A DNA stretch of 64,000 nt from Eledone cirrhosa (lineage: Eukaryota): positions 60,202,001 to 60,266,000 of the forward strand of contig OZ024740.1 of the NCBI GenBank assembly GCA_964016885.1, written 5' to 3'. The notes under the pieces were generated by a model, which searched no databases, was not told the origin of the DNA, and was given only the letters and a program-made list of their open reading frames with translations. Below are positions 1 through 13,631 of the stretch, in pieces. The position numbers and the translations under genes are program-made. The first letter of the stretch is position 1. The number at the start of each line of letters is the position of its first letter.

Positions 1-1233
1 CTGACGAAGTGAGGTTGGTGGAGGCAAATCCTCTATAGCTTTAACTCTCTCAGGAATAGGTCGAATACCGTCAGCGTCAATGACGCGACCCAAAAAATTC
101 AAAGATTCGGAACCAAAAACACATTTTGACCGATTAATCCGAACATTGTAATTCTTTAAACGACAAAATAAAAGTTCCAGATGGCGCAAATGCTGCTCTG
201 GAGAAGAGCTCGCAACAAGAAGGTCATCAATGTAGGTGTATACAAAGTCGAGGCCGTGAGTGACCTCATCCATAAAACGCTGGAAGGTGCTAGCAGCATT
301 CCTTAACCCGAAAGGCATGGTAAGAAATTTGAAAGATCCAAATGGCGTAGTTATAGCCGTTTTCGGGATGTCGTCTCTGTTGACAGGAATTTGGTTATCG
401 CTCGTATCAAATCGAGTTTCGAAAAAATGTTGCAACCTTGCAACGAGGATGCAAAATCCTGCAGATGAAGGATAGGATACCGATCCGGTACGGTCATCGA
501 GGTCAATCTTCTATAATCTCCAATGGGTCTCCAATCTCCAGAAGATTTTGGCACCATATGTAATGGAGATGCCCACGGGCTCGTGGAAGGACGAATAATT
601 CCGAGCTGTAGCATATGATCGAACTCGGACCGTGCTGCTTTCAATTTGTCCGCTGGCAATCGACGAGGACGCGAAAAAACCGTAGCGCCAGTTGTAGTAA
701 TAAAATGCTCCGTAGCGTGGCCTGGATCAGTGACTCTAAAAATTTCATGAGTCAGTTGCGGGAACGATTTCAACAGTCCATGATATAAGTTACCAGAGTT
801 AGCAATAAAGAAAGTCGGGCTAATTGTAGAAAATTCCGTCGTCCTGCCACAAAGAAAAAACCCAGTAATATCGTCAATCAGGCGTTGGTGACGAACGTCC
901 CCCGTCAAAGAAAAATGGTGCAGGAAGTTCGCGCCCAAAATCGGGTATGGCAGATCAGCAACAGTGAACACCCATTTGAAATCCCGACGAAGATTTCGGA
1001 ACTTAAGAGATCTGTCCAAAAGTTCTGATTGTTGACTGGTTGACAGCTTGCAATTCGATCAACGACTCAGGAGGAGTTACTGTCATAGTATTAACAGGCC
1101 AAATACTGCATGAAGCTCCTGTGTCCACTAGGAAGGCTCTTCCAGACAGGAGGTCCTCAATGAAGAAATGGCGGTTCCGTTTTGTCTCGCAGAGTTCACT
1201 AGCCGCCTTTAGTGACTCTGGTCCACATTTCCC
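1..1233 (-). pseudogene. pol: Gypsy pol (aspartic protease + reverse transcriptase), frameshifted
   Basis: The -1 frame after G GGA AAT reads RHFFIEDLLSGRAFLVDTGASCSIWP. Frameshift near 1010, then ORF 351-1019 ([21 protein letters not shown]). Frameshift near 400, then TTPFG..MPFGLRNAASTFQRFM..YIDD (223-234). Confidence 0.92.
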
Positions 1234-1990
1234 GTGGCCGAATAATTACACGGAGGCTGGCAATGATCTGCCTTATCCGCATAGGTAGCATGATACCAGC
1301 ACAATGATGGGTTGCTGGCAGGCGAAGTAGTATGCCGACGTGGAATCGCGAAAGAACGCGAACGACTCCTAGGCCGCCGGGGATACGGCCTATTCTCCCT
1401 GCACAATCGAGCGACTTGCTGCGTCAAAGCGTCAATAATCTTCAATATGGCATCCTCGCGTGTCGAGACGGGCTGATTCAAATGAGAGGAAGCAATACGC
1501 GAGTCCGAGGCGGTAGCCTTTTTAGATAACTCCACGATTCGATCCGCGGAGGCAGCAATTTGCTCCAAAGAGCTGGTGTCCACTATATTTGCCAAAATAA
1601 TTTGGACGTTGTTTGGCAGGCGAGAGAAAAATAATTTTTTAATAAAGGAATTATCCTGTTCAGGCGATTCACTGAGGTCCCTAATGTGGCGCAAAAATTC
1701 AGACGGCGACCTGTCGCCCAGACACTCATCCTCCAACAATGAACGAAATCTGCTCTCAGCAGAACGACTGTTCCTTCGAAGAATTTCTTCCCGCAACGAG
1801 TCATAAGAAATACTGGCCAACGGGTTCGTAATCAAATCTTTCACTGTTATAGCGAGTGAAGAAGGAATACAACTTATCAAAAAGTTGAGCTTTTCTCGGT
1901 TTTTACTTCGTTGGCAGCAAAATAAGCGTCCAGCTGCGCAAACCAGAGCTTAGTATCACCTGAGAACGCAGGCAAACCAGGACCACTCAT
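1209..1990 (-). pseudogene. gag: Gypsy gag with one frameshift near 1880
   Basis: ATG at 1990 gives MSGPGLPAFSGDTKLWFAQLDAYF, then shifts into ORF 1209-1880 (LGDRSPSEFLR, RS-rich stretch, CWYHATYADKADHCQPPC). Confidence 0.88.
1227..1233 (-). promoter_or_regulatory. -1 ribosomal frameshift slippery heptamer (gag-pol)
   Basis: G GGA AAT in the gag frame just before the gag stop; the -1 frame runs open into the protease. Confidence 0.7.
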
Positions 1991-2397
1991 CGTCAATCTA
2001 TTTCCACATGGACGAATAAAAGTAAGTAATGTTCAAAATGACGGGGAAACAGCACAATTTTCCATAAATATCCATAAAGTTGCCGCAAGCAAAAGAAATT
2101 CAGTCACAGTACAAGAATTAGCAGCGAAAATCCAAAAGGTAGAATCTGTGGATCAAGGTTGACATTATCAAACAAGATGGCGTCGCCTTTCTTTTCCAAA
2201 ACAAGAATATGCTCGCGTGAGGAGGCTAAGCCAATCAGATGGCCGCATTTGAAGAAGAAAGACAATGTGCGGGAATGTTAGCTGGCCAGTCAGCCATGTT
2301 GAAAAAGAACAATTTTTTTTTTTTTTTTTGTAAGACGAACAATTTTTAATTTAAAAAACGAATGGTGAAATTAAGTAGGTTGCGTTTTCATTTTTTT

Positions 2398-2414
2398 ATC
2401 GACGAGGGTCACCA
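2398..2414 (-). promoter_or_regulatory. Primer-binding site
   Basis: TGGTGACCCTCGTCGAT starts 5 nt after the putative LTR end; TGG complements the tRNA CCA end. Confidence 0.75.
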
Positions 2415-2419
2415 TTTTA

Positions 2420-2889
2420 TGCTGGAGGGTCGTCGGTCATCCCGTCTAATTGGTTATTTGGTTATTATTTACTGGCACATTAGTCAAACAAGGAATAAAG
2501 AACATACCTCAATTTTATGTTATAAAAACATTTTTTATATAGGAGCAATTACAGAATATATAGAAATACGTTAGTGCTCCTCGGTTGAGCTATATTTTAA
2601 ATTGTCATATACTGCCGCATGATGTGAGGTCATCCTTTGGATCACTGCTGGTTATTATAGCACGTCTATTGTCTCCAAGCTCTCATTGTCCAATTCTCAT
2701 ATTATGCCACGACCGCATGGTGTGATGTCGCTGCGTGGAGTACTGCATAGGGATTAGCACGTCTATTGTCTCCGAGCTCCCATTGTCCAAGTGTTGTTTT
2801 CAGCTACTGACGTCAGAACGTGACGTCAGAACTAAGGGCAGTTAATCGACTGTTTTCACCGTCGACGCTAGCTGGCGTGATCTTCTACA
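2420..2889 (-). repeat. Putative 5' LTR (~470 bp)
   Basis: TGTAGAAGATC...GACCCTCCAGCA imperfect inverted TG..CA ends next to the PBS; internal duplications (gcacgtctattgtctcc x2, tgacgtcagaac x2); second LTR not in window. Confidence 0.55.
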
Positions 2890-3174
2890 GAAACCTCAGG
2901 GCCTAAGAACATCACAACACACTTAAAAGATATACGACTTTAACGAATCAGCAAACATTGACATCTACTCGTATCAACATTTAAATGCCAAAAATATGTA
3001 AGGTTAACAGAGCTAACAAAACACCTAACACAAACCCTGAATTTTTATGCTAATTTCGAAATTTAAACTCATCCTTGATATCCTTAACTAAAAGATTCTC
3101 TCCAAATCACAACACGGATTAAGACCGTACAACTCAAACATTACACACAAAATACATGATAGCTTCATCAACAA

Positions 3175-3435
3175 GTCGGTAAGTAGAATCGTTAGAATGC
3201 TGAACGAAGGCCTCGTGGTGCTTCACCCGGCTCTTTGCGTTTTGAGTTGAAATAGCAACTAAAAATAGCAACCAAATCACTCTCATTTCACTGTCTAACG
3301 TCTTAAATAAGGAAAGGTCACATAAGACAAAGTAGTCCTACATTTCCCTAAAGAAATCTGGATGGATTATTGCTGAAATTGTTTTGACCGCTGACCTGCT
3401 CGAACGGTTCATCTGAGGTTGAACAAAAACAACAT
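3175..3435 (+). mobile_element. Chimeric SINE: tRNA-like head joined to the AAC-tailed repeat family
   Basis: Head resembles the 22962 SINE up to gagttgaaat, then gaaatagca-c-aaat body and aacaaaaacaac tail shared with 8380, 56205, 61590. Confidence 0.45.
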
Positions 3436-3929
3436 TAATAATCCTATCTGGTAAATACACATAAGGTCACCAAGGTATTGGAGCATACAACTCATCTACA
3501 CACATCTGTCCTTTTACCTATTCTTAACCTATTCACACACCTCAATATATCCCTTTCCATATCAATCCGCCTAAAGACATCCTTGATTCTACAATACAAA
3601 ATTGCTTGTTTCAAAGTGTTTCCGTTATAATTTTATGTAACAACATTTGTTATGTTTTGTTCCAAACACCAACTTAATGAGTTTATTAATTATATAAATT
3701 ATACAAATCCCTCGAAATTTTTGTTTAATTTTACAATTATTTGTAAATTATAGGCAATGATTTTCTTTAGAAATGTGGTAATGAAAAGGATACACACAGC
3801 CTCGTATACAGAATATTTTAGTCTCATTTTCTCACTACTTCGCAAATTCTCTTAATACTAGACCAATTACCTTCAAGATTTCCCCCCTAACAGACATAAT
3901 GTAACACCTATTACGTTCACCAACGTGTA

Positions 3930-4170
3930 TTCACACTTTATTTCACGTTGCTCCAGTTTAGAAATGAGTTGCGATGTCACTGGTTCCCGAGCTGTATCGG
4001 CCATTGGCTTTCCCTTGGATGACATCGATAGCATGGAGAGGGGAGACTGGTATGCATGGGCGACTGCTGGTCCTCCACAAACAACCTTGCCCGGACTTGT
4101 GCCTCGGAGGAGAACTTTCTAGGTGTAAACCCCATGGTCATTCGTGACCTTAGAGGCCTTTAACCTTTAT
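3930..4170 (+). mobile_element. 5'-truncated SINE
   Basis: cactttatttcacgttgctcc shared with the tRNA-headed SINE at 46985; ends in a TTTAACCTTT tail. Confidence 0.6.
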
Positions 4171-4497
4171 ATATATACAAATATCATTTCAGCGAGATCG
4201 CATTTCGGCGGTGACCAAAACAAAAGATAAAATGAAAACAGTGGTCATGAAGCCATCAGCCACCATAGCCGAGAAAACGAAACAAGCTAAACAGGTTAAC
4301 AAATATATATATATTTAATACAATAACAGAGATAGTTTAAAACTAAACTCTGACTGGTAACCATCTCACTCAACAAACATTAGGTTATATTTAAATATAA
4401 ACCCAATTTTAGTGTTTGGGGTGCTTACAATATGTATAATGTGGAAAAACCAGTTGTATTATTTTGTGAGATATAATTAAAGTTAAAGTATATCTCT

Positions 4498-4622
4498 TTC
4501 CAAACAATTGTTTCATTATAAGTTTTCTACAAGTTGGGAGAATGTTTCCAGTTTATGTAGAAGCCTAATATATATTCATGTAAGAATATATTTAGGTGGG
4601 CACTTATAAATCATCAGTGGAA
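4498..4622 (-). ncRNA. Type I hammerhead ribozyme, long loop II
   Basis: TTCCA CTGATGA T TTATAAGT [78 nt] ACTTATAA T GAAA CAATTG TT TGGAA. Confidence 0.75.
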
Positions 4623-5506
4623 TCCCGTTAAACTTTGATATAAGAAAATAATTTCTTACCGCTGTCAAAAATCGTGTCCGTAAAGTTACTCTCTCTCTCT
4701 CGCCTCGAATGACCGCCAAATTTGAAATTCCAGCAGTTTTGAGCTGAGGAAGTATCATAGCGACACGAAGCGGGAAGGGGAGACAACCCACGATCCACGA
4801 AATGAGGAAAAAAAAATAATATACACGCGGGTTAATTAGTTTTTTTGAAAACATTATCAATCCAACGTGTTTAAGAACTCAATTGAAAATTAAAAAAAAT
4901 AAATATATGCTTGTATAAATTACACACGCATATAGATATTTTCTTAGGCTAAATCAGAAGTTGTACCCGAATAAGAACCGCTTCTCATAACTGCAGTAAA
5001 TGCAGAAAGTTATGCTATAAAGGGCAAATGGGAATATAATTCTCCGGCCGAATTAAGAGTAAAATATAAAACACACGCGGGTTAATTAGTTATTTCAAAA
5101 CCAATATTAATTCCTCGTGTAAAGAACTCAATTAATAAAAGAAAATAAATAAATATATGCATGTAATTATATACGTAGGCATATATTTATATTTTCTTAG
5201 GCTAAAAAACAGAGAAGTTACAACCAAAAAAAGCCACAATATTTCACAACAGTAATAAATACGGAAAGTCAAATTCATAAGGTACCTGGAAATAAACACC
5301 GCTGGCCAATCAAGAGTAAATATTTAATACAATAACAGAGATAGTTTAAAACTAAACTCTGACTGGTAACCATCTCACTCAACAAACATTAGGTTATATT
5401 TAAATATAAACCCAATTTTAGTGTTTGGGGTGCTAACAATATGTATAATGTGGAAAAACCAGTTGTATTATTTTGTGAGATATAATTAAAGTTAAAGTAT
5501 ATCTCT

Positions 5507-5631
5507 TTCCAAACAATTGTTTCATTATAAGTTTTCTACAAGTTGGGAGAATGTTTCCAGTTTATGTAGAAGCCTAATATATATTCATGTAAGAATATAT
5601 TTAGGTGGGTACTTATAAATCATCAGTGGAA
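5507..5631 (-). ncRNA. Type I hammerhead ribozyme, second copy
   Basis: Same motif as 4498-4622, 1009 bp away. Confidence 0.75.
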
Positions 5632-5918
5632 TCCCGTTAAACTTTGATATAAGAAAATAATTTCTTACCGCTGTCAAAAATCGTGTCCGTAAAGTTACTC
5701 TCTCTCGCCTCGAATGACCGCCAAATTTGAAATTCCAGCAGTTTTTGGCTGAGGAAGTATCATAGCGACACGAAGCGGGAAGGGGAGACAACCCACGATC
5801 CACGAAATGAGGAAAAAAAATAATATACACGCGGGTTAATTAGTTTTTTTGAAAACATTATCAATCCAACGTATATATATATATAAACAGGTTAACAAAT
5901 ATATATATATATAGATAT

Positions 5919-6270
5919 ATGGAATAGAATGAAACGAAATTTCATTTCTCACTCTTAGTACGGCAGTTACTTAAATGTAAGTATGTATGTATGTATACGT
6001 ACATACATATATGTATACAGACGTACAGTAGTATGTATATATATATACATAGATGCACACACATATATATGCACGTATATATATATGCCTAAACACTGAA
6101 CGGCGTAATTCGGGCTGTTTGTTTATTTTTTTAAAAAAAAACGAGCATTATAATAAATGTTCGGTAAACCGATACGTGCATATATATATGTGTGTGCATG
6201 TATGTATATATATACATACTACTGTACGTCTGTATACATATGTATGTACGTATACATACATACATACTTA
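5919..6270. repeat. TA-embedded repeat with inverted segment (family also at 36512-37090)
   Basis: ~5978-6078 is the reverse complement of ~6173-6270; shares atggaatagaatgaaacgaaatttc and cctaaacactg..accgatacgtgc with the 36.5 kb copy. Confidence 0.7.
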
Positions 6271-6286
6271 TATATATATATATATA

Positions 6287-6601
6287 TCAGAAAGGGTGTG
6301 GTAAAATACCAGGTGGACCATAACTCACCAGAGTACTTGATACTTGGGGTAGTAGAGTGGGTAATATGAAAAAGTTCATGGGTCCTGAATCTTTTCATAT
6401 ATATATATATAACAAAGGAATTGTGGTAAGGAACCAGATGGACCATAACGCACCAGAGTACTCAATACTTAGGGTAGTAGAGTGGGAAATAGGAAAAAGT
6501 ATGACCCCGACGGCAGAGCTCAAGCCGTTTCGACGGCTATTTCCAGAAATAGCCGTCGAAACGGCTTGAGCTCTGCCGTCGGGGGTCATACTTTTTCCTA
6601 T
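6287..6601 (+). repeat. Two tandem copies of a short element, each ending in a fold-back hairpin
   Basis: gtggtaa..ccag.tggaccataac.caccagagtact..gggtagtagagtggg twice; hairpin 6366-6400; palindrome arms 6489-6543/6546-6601. Confidence 0.75.
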
Positions 6602-6949
6602 ATATATATATAGAGAGAGAGCAAGTTAATACGAAGCATTGTGAGATATGAAATAAACGACTGATAAGTTTCAGAAAGACAGTACAATGTGGTAGAAATA
6701 TCAAAGTAATGTTTTGCCCAGTATATTTTAACATGATATTTCAGGGCTATAATGATCGCTCGACATGCTAGAAATAGGAGCTAAATCTCCTTCATATAAA
6801 ACGGACACGTTGGACAATATAGTCCCAGAAAACTATTATTCAACAAATGCGATATAGAATGAAAAGCGACGTAAATAAAATAAAATGGGAATATTTCAAA
6901 CTTTAGTTAACATACATATGTTCGATGGCGTACTGCTTAGTTTTTGTTG

Positions 6950-7041
<92 letters not shown>

Positions 7042-7047
7042 TTGTTA

Positions 7048-7682
7048 AACATTTAGGCAAAAGGCCAGCAATTTTGGTGTGAAATGAAAAATCGATTACA
7101 TCGACCCAAGAACTTTACTAATAGTTTCGACTCGGGAAGGATGATATGCAAATCATTCGAAACAAATACCGCAAAGAATTTTGTCCGCCACTCTAACGAT
7201 TCAGCCAATCCAACGCCTAAATATCTCATATTTAATGGTTTCTGATTTAGGCACAGGGCCAGCAATTTTGGCGGAGGGGAAAGTCGATTAAATCGACCCC
7301 AGTACATTACTGGTGCTTTGCTTTATTTTATCGACCCCGTAAGCTTGAAAGGCAAAGCTAACCTATATGGGATTTAAACTAAGGACGTAAGGGGGCGTAA
7401 CTATATGCTGGAAAGCATGTTGTCCCACGCTCTATCGATACTGCCAATCCAGCATCAATATTAGTAATGGTTACTGATTTAGACACAAGGCCAGCAAATT
7501 TGGGGAGAGGAAAATCGATTAAATCGACCCCAGTGCATGAGTGATGCTTCATTTTGTCGACCTCGTAAGGGTGAAAGGCAAAGCTAACCTCGGCGGAATT
7601 TGAACTGAGAAAGTAAAAGGCCGTAACTCTATGCCGCGAAGCAGGATGTCCAACGCTCCACCGATTGCCAATCCACCGCCCT
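7048..7682 (-). mobile_element. Cluster of three tRNA-derived SINE copies
   Basis: Three copies with aggccagcaa-ttt, atcgacccca and gaaaggcaaagctaacct motifs; B-box GTTCAAATTCC on minus in the last. Confidence 0.8.
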
Positions 7683-8379
7683 AACGCGGATAAAAAACTG
7701 ACTTTTTTTCTTTTTTTTTCGAAATTTTGTGTTACTAAAATCTTCCAGTTTGCAACGAGTTTGTTTTCTGCTCTATTTATAAACACTTTATACTCAGTCC
7801 GTTAAATAAATGACATTTATATTCTGAAACGAAATTTAACCTATTATAATGATCAACACATCCTGTTTCTGAACTCCCCACAATGCCCCATGGACCATTG
7901 TATATGTGCGTACGTATGTGTGTGTACGTCGTGTAAATGTACGTGTGTGTGTGTGTACCTACGTGTGTGTGTGTGTACGTACGTGCGTGTGTGTGTGTGT
8001 ACCTATGTGTGTGTGTGTGTGTACGTACGTGCGTGTGTGTGTAGCTACGTGCGTGTGTGTGTGTAGCTACGTGTGTATACCTACGTGTGTGTAACGCACG
8101 TATAGCTATATTCCCACATCAGATGTCCACAACATTTTAAGTAGCAATTACTGTTTAAAGAAGACGAGAAAAAAATTCACTTGTTTAAAGAATTAGATAT
8201 AAGCTATACAAAACCGTCCTACAAGTGCGTGAGATTCATTTCACGTAGGGAAAAACAGCTATACGGAAATTAATAACCCGATTCGTGACTGGCTATAAGA
8301 TTTATAGCGCATGTCTTCAGATTTACTCGAAACAGCTTTACATTCTACATATCCAGTTACAAGCTGATGAGGAAACCTT

Positions 8380-8578
8380 TAGGTGGTTGCTCTACAGGCT
8401 AGAAATAGCAGCCAAATCCCCTTCAAATCACACGCTATATATTGTCCTTACCCAAGGACAATATATATTAACTAATTAGCCCTGCATACACTTTAAAAGG
8501 CGTGATGGGCATAGATGAAAAACTATGATAATAGGCCTGCTCGTTCAGGGCTGGCCTGGGGCTAAACGAAAACAACAT
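8380..8578 (+). mobile_element. AAC-tailed SINE-like repeat
   Basis: gctagaaatagcagccaaatccc..ggcctggggctaaacgaaaacaac; related copies at 6760, 30100, 56205, 61590. Confidence 0.55.
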
Positions 8579-8930
8579 TAGCCAATGACATGTTCTGTAC
8601 GGATTTGCTCAATCTGATAGAATTATCAGTCAAATCTTTCTGAATCATAGACGTTGAATATTGTGGCCCTAAGTCTCCAGAAAGAGATGGTATGATCACG
8701 GTTTAAACACGTATTTGACCTAGGGCTAATAAGGTAGCTACTCCGCGGTAACTTGACATGCTAAATATAGCAACTTAATATCTCTGACAAACAACAACCT
8801 AACGTCCTTTAAAAAAGGGAAATATCTAATAATGTACTCCATCACTTCTGACTTAGCATTAAATAATGCTAACAAAAGAATCCTTAAATACTTCTTCGTG
8901 TGAATATCTATGCGCACAAACACAAACACT

Positions 8931-9050
<120 letters not shown>

Positions 9051-9052
9051 GT

Positions 9053-9094
<42 letters not shown>

Positions 9095-9259
9095 CTTATA
9101 TAAATACAAACATAAATACGTACATATATATATATATATTATTATAAAAACTTAAAACCAAAACTGAATACTAACCAATACAATCACTAATACTCTTTTA
9201 TTCCTAATTAAACTATTTTTCAACTGTGAACAATTTGTCAGCATTTTCTATTCCGTTTA

Positions 9260-9346
<87 letters not shown>

Positions 9347-9380
9347 AAGGAGGTCAATCGTGTGTACAAACATTGAAAAA

Positions 9381-9426
9381 TACTCCGAAGACTCATACCT
9401 AGGTTTGGATGAAACAATTGTAAGTG
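9381..9426 (+). ncRNA. Variant hammerhead in a ~120 bp island between (TA)n tracts
   Basis: TACT CCGAAGA C TCATACCTAGGTTTGGA T GAAA CAATTG TA AGTG; U4C, imperfect stem II. Confidence 0.55.
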
Positions 9427-9653
9427 AATAAACGCTTTGAACACAGCTTTGATTCTTGTGAATTCTATATATATATATATATATTGTTATATTTGGGGAG
9501 GGTCATATTGTTATAATATTGCCAGAAATAAACACACTGTTTGGTTTGGATTGGTTTTCGCTTCTGTATCTTTTATATCTCCATAGTTAATTTATCTGGC
9601 AATCAATGTTTATTATTGATTAACCAACGGTTAAAAATACAGATTTAAATATA

Positions 9654-9761
<108 letters not shown>

Positions 9762-9803
9762 ATCAAAGTTCTTTCGTCACACATCTGAGACATCATCAGT
9801 GGT
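9762..9803 (-). ncRNA. Hammerhead, same family as 22217, weakened stem I
   Basis: ACCA CTGATGA T GTCTCA GATG TGTGAC GAAA GAAC TT TGAT; 9481-9540 matches 21973-22020. Confidence 0.6.
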
Positions 9804-10178
9804 GCTATTATGCTTCCTCCCGTTGTATTGTAATGTCTACGCCATTTTTATTTCATTTATTTATTTATTCTTGTCTCTGTCTCTGTTTGCACATGCGTTT
9901 GCGTGTGTGTTTTCTGTTTGGTGTGTGTGTTCGTGTTTGAGTCTCTGTGTTTCTGTATTCTATCGTTGTATTCTATCACTACTGTGTGTTTGTTGTTATT
10001 GTACTTGTGTATATATTTATTTATTTATATTTCCCTTATATCAGTATTGTGTGTTTGGATATGGTTGTTGTTGTTATTCCTTTCGTTTTTTCTGTTCTAC
10101 TTTGGTTTTCTTAGTTCTATTTCAGTTGGTTCTCTGATTTGCCTACCTGCTGAGTCATTTCTATGTTTAGATATCTAA

Positions 10179-10280
<102 letters not shown>

Positions 10281-10412
10281 ACATTCATATGTACATATGG
10301 GTTATATCGAGTATTAATAACAATATTCGATTCTTTGTAAACAAAGGCCCGTATAAAGCCGTGCCGTGCTGATGACAAATTGTCATCCGTGTGCTCAACA
10401 CCGGCATTGAGG

Positions 10413-10456
10413 GACAAGTAACATGTTTCCGGGTCATTACCCTTCATCAGTACTGT
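10413..10456 (-). ncRNA. Hammerhead-like motif
   Basis: ACAGTA CTGATGA A GGGT AATG ACCC G GAAA CATG TT ACTTGT; stem I register off by one. Confidence 0.6.
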
Positions 10457-11199
10457 ATGCCTCTGCCAATCTGTTGAACGGTTGAAAATACATAGTATTT
10501 TCTGAAGTACACATCGGCTGAGTAGCCTCATTTGCATTCCGAGCGAGTTACAGCTGACCGTGCCGAACAGGTGTCTGCTTATGGTCGGGGAAGGCCAGCA
10601 TTAACTAATTAAAAGAATTGTTTCCGATAGCGGCTCTTTTCCCCCTTGACACTCCTACACGCTTTTTAGCAGAGTTTACAAACAAAGCTACGTATGTGCA
10701 TCCCAGCACGAGGAAACCTCACTCTGATGTATATAGTAGTGTCTCCTTCCAATAATACATTTTTAAACCTTCCCACATAAACTTAATGTAGTCAGCTTTT
10801 TGTCTGACTTTAAGTTAGGGACTAATCAAATTAACCATAGAAAGATACGAGTATGTACGCCCACAAATATTGCAGATTAAGTTTACCCCCATGACTTTCA
10901 CAAATCTTACGTTTTTGTGCAGCTAGTGTAAATTCTACATTAAACATTCAACTTCTTTCCAAAACATCTGGACAATCTTGTATCCATTTTCTCCCTTGAT
11001 GGCGAAGAAAAGGATTTATGCGGTCGTCAAGTATGAAATTTGTAGTAATTTGTATTTTTTCTACAAATCTCTACAAATTTCATACTTGACAACCCAATAT
11101 TTCCCAGTTGTCCTTACATATTTCTATTTCAAAGGTTTCCTAAGAGGACTTTACGCAATCCTTAAACTACAGCCATAGTTTATGCAGGGGGGTGGGGGG

Positions 11200-11720
11200 T
11201 TCTACATACAAACTCCGCACAGAGCATCAGCTTCAGAAGACATTGATCATTCATTATGTACAAGCTGTATTGTCCAACGAAAATGGTACTTGTATAGTAT
11301 TGTCTCAATACATAGGACATCGGTTCCCCTCAAATCTCTGAGTCTGAGGTTCACCACTAACAGCTGACATTCAGAATATGTCTTAAACATCTCCAATGAA
11401 AACACTCAAGAACCTTTAAATGATGCTTCCAGAGGATCCATAAAAGAGCGAAGTCAATACACATGCACGATACACAGAACCTTTTGTTAACCCTGTTATA
11501 CACTTTTAGGGCTAGACGGGGGACAAACGTTTTGAAGAAGTCAGTTTCTTTCTGAACCCTTAGAGATATTTTGTTATCTGAGGATCAAAAAAGACTGAGC
11601 ATGCTGCCTAAGAGAACTACTTTTGGTTCTATTTCTTCAACTAAGATGCATTCACAAATGAGTTTCCTAGGGCAAGCTGGAACATTTCAGCGGCTTTTTC
11701 CAGGCTAATGCTGAGTAAGG
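11200..11720 (-). mobile_element. Decayed RTE-clade LINE, ORF C-terminus
   Basis: Broken frames give TKGSVYRACVLTSLFYGS, LECFHWRCLRHILNV, IETILYKYHFRW; upstream boundary uncertain. Confidence 0.7.
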
Positions 11721-12149
11721 GTAACATCCAAATACATAAGAAGTTACCTTGTTTGATACAAGAATAAGTCTAGCCATGTTTCCACTAACGTAGACCCAAC
11801 CTTCAATTTCATTGGGAAACGATTTAAATACAGATATAGAATATTCAGGGCGAGCGAGTTTAGGAAGTATTTTAATCACCGAGGACCAGACCATGTAACA
11901 ATTACAATGTTTCCTGTAGTGCTCATAGGCGATCTGACATACACTCACACACAAACACACTTATTAACGAATGCACTAGCATAGCATGATTCCGAATAAA
12001 GGTAGATATTAATCCAGGTATACAGCTACTGAAGTAGCTATATGATCATAGTTTGGAATACTCATAGCGAGGATAAATGTGTGATTATTATACATAAACA
12101 TTATGTATGAATATTGTATAGATATATCAACAATACTGCTTAATAGATA

Positions 12150-12400
12150 AAGATTATATATATATATACATTTGCTATTGAATACTTGCTAACATTATAT
12201 GATTACGCAAGCAGCGATACATAGGTATTCCGTCTGTTACAGAAACATATGTCAATACCTAATAAATTCGTTTTTAAAAAAAGCACTTTCATTTTATATT
12301 CATCTTTTCTACATTTTCTCCGGAATATAATTTATACTCGTTGAGCAAACCTACACGTACGCTGTTCATCTCTAACGTAACGATATATTATCACTACATT
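12150..12400 (+). mobile_element. Decayed copy of the 27240-27640 hammerhead family
   Basis: ctgttacaGAAA CATATG TC AATA (12234-12257), ttttctccgga and cgttgagcaaac align to the minus strand of 27240-27450; CUGANGA core not recognisable. Confidence 0.55.
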
Positions 12401-12413
12401 ATTGATAACCTGA

Positions 12414-12469
<56 letters not shown>

Positions 12470-12488
12470 TGTATATATATATATTAAT

Positions 12489-12578
<90 letters not shown>

Positions 12579-12600
12579 GAATATATATATATATATATAT

Positions 12601-13250
<650 letters not shown>

Positions 13251-13283
13251 ATATATGTATATATATATGTATATATATATATA

Positions 13284-13451
<168 letters not shown>

Positions 13452-13620
13452 GATAAAAATCCTCTGCCTCCTTCACTGTATTTGTCACCAAAACTATGTC
13501 GTCGGCAAATTCAGCATCTGATATCTTTTTCGCCTTAACTCTCCTGCTCTGAGCCGGTGCTACAGTAAAGCCAGAGTCTTGGTGTTTCTCCAGTCCAAGG
13601 CGCATAAAATAGTCCACTAC
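13452..13620 (-). mobile_element. RTE LINE RT fragment, inverted 5' piece
   Basis: [36 protein letters not shown]. Confidence 0.8.
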
Positions 13621-13631
13621 GATGATAAAAA

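Larger units (their letters stand above)
1..2889 (-). mobile_element. Ty3/Gypsy (probably Mag-clade) LTR retrotransposon, 5' half, continuing beyond the window start
   Basis: Minus-strand order: putative LTR, PBS TGGTGACCC, gag with CWYH..C..PC knuckle, protease [33 protein letters not shown]. Confidence 0.93.
4311..5872 (-). mobile_element. Non-coding 1.55-mer of a 1009-bp unit with a hammerhead in each repeat
   Basis: 4311-4868 nearly identical to 5320-5872; flanked by direct repeat taaacaggttaacaaatatatatata (4288, 5884). Confidence 0.8.

Noticed and set aside
11667-11960. 97-aa ORF as a host exon
   Set aside because: Adjoins or overlaps a decayed RTE LINE on the same strand; no recognisable motif
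12222-12261. 8-bp TAGGTATT/AATACCTA helix as stem I
   Set aside because: Alignment to 27361-27481 places the 5' arm in the loop II region; no core follows it
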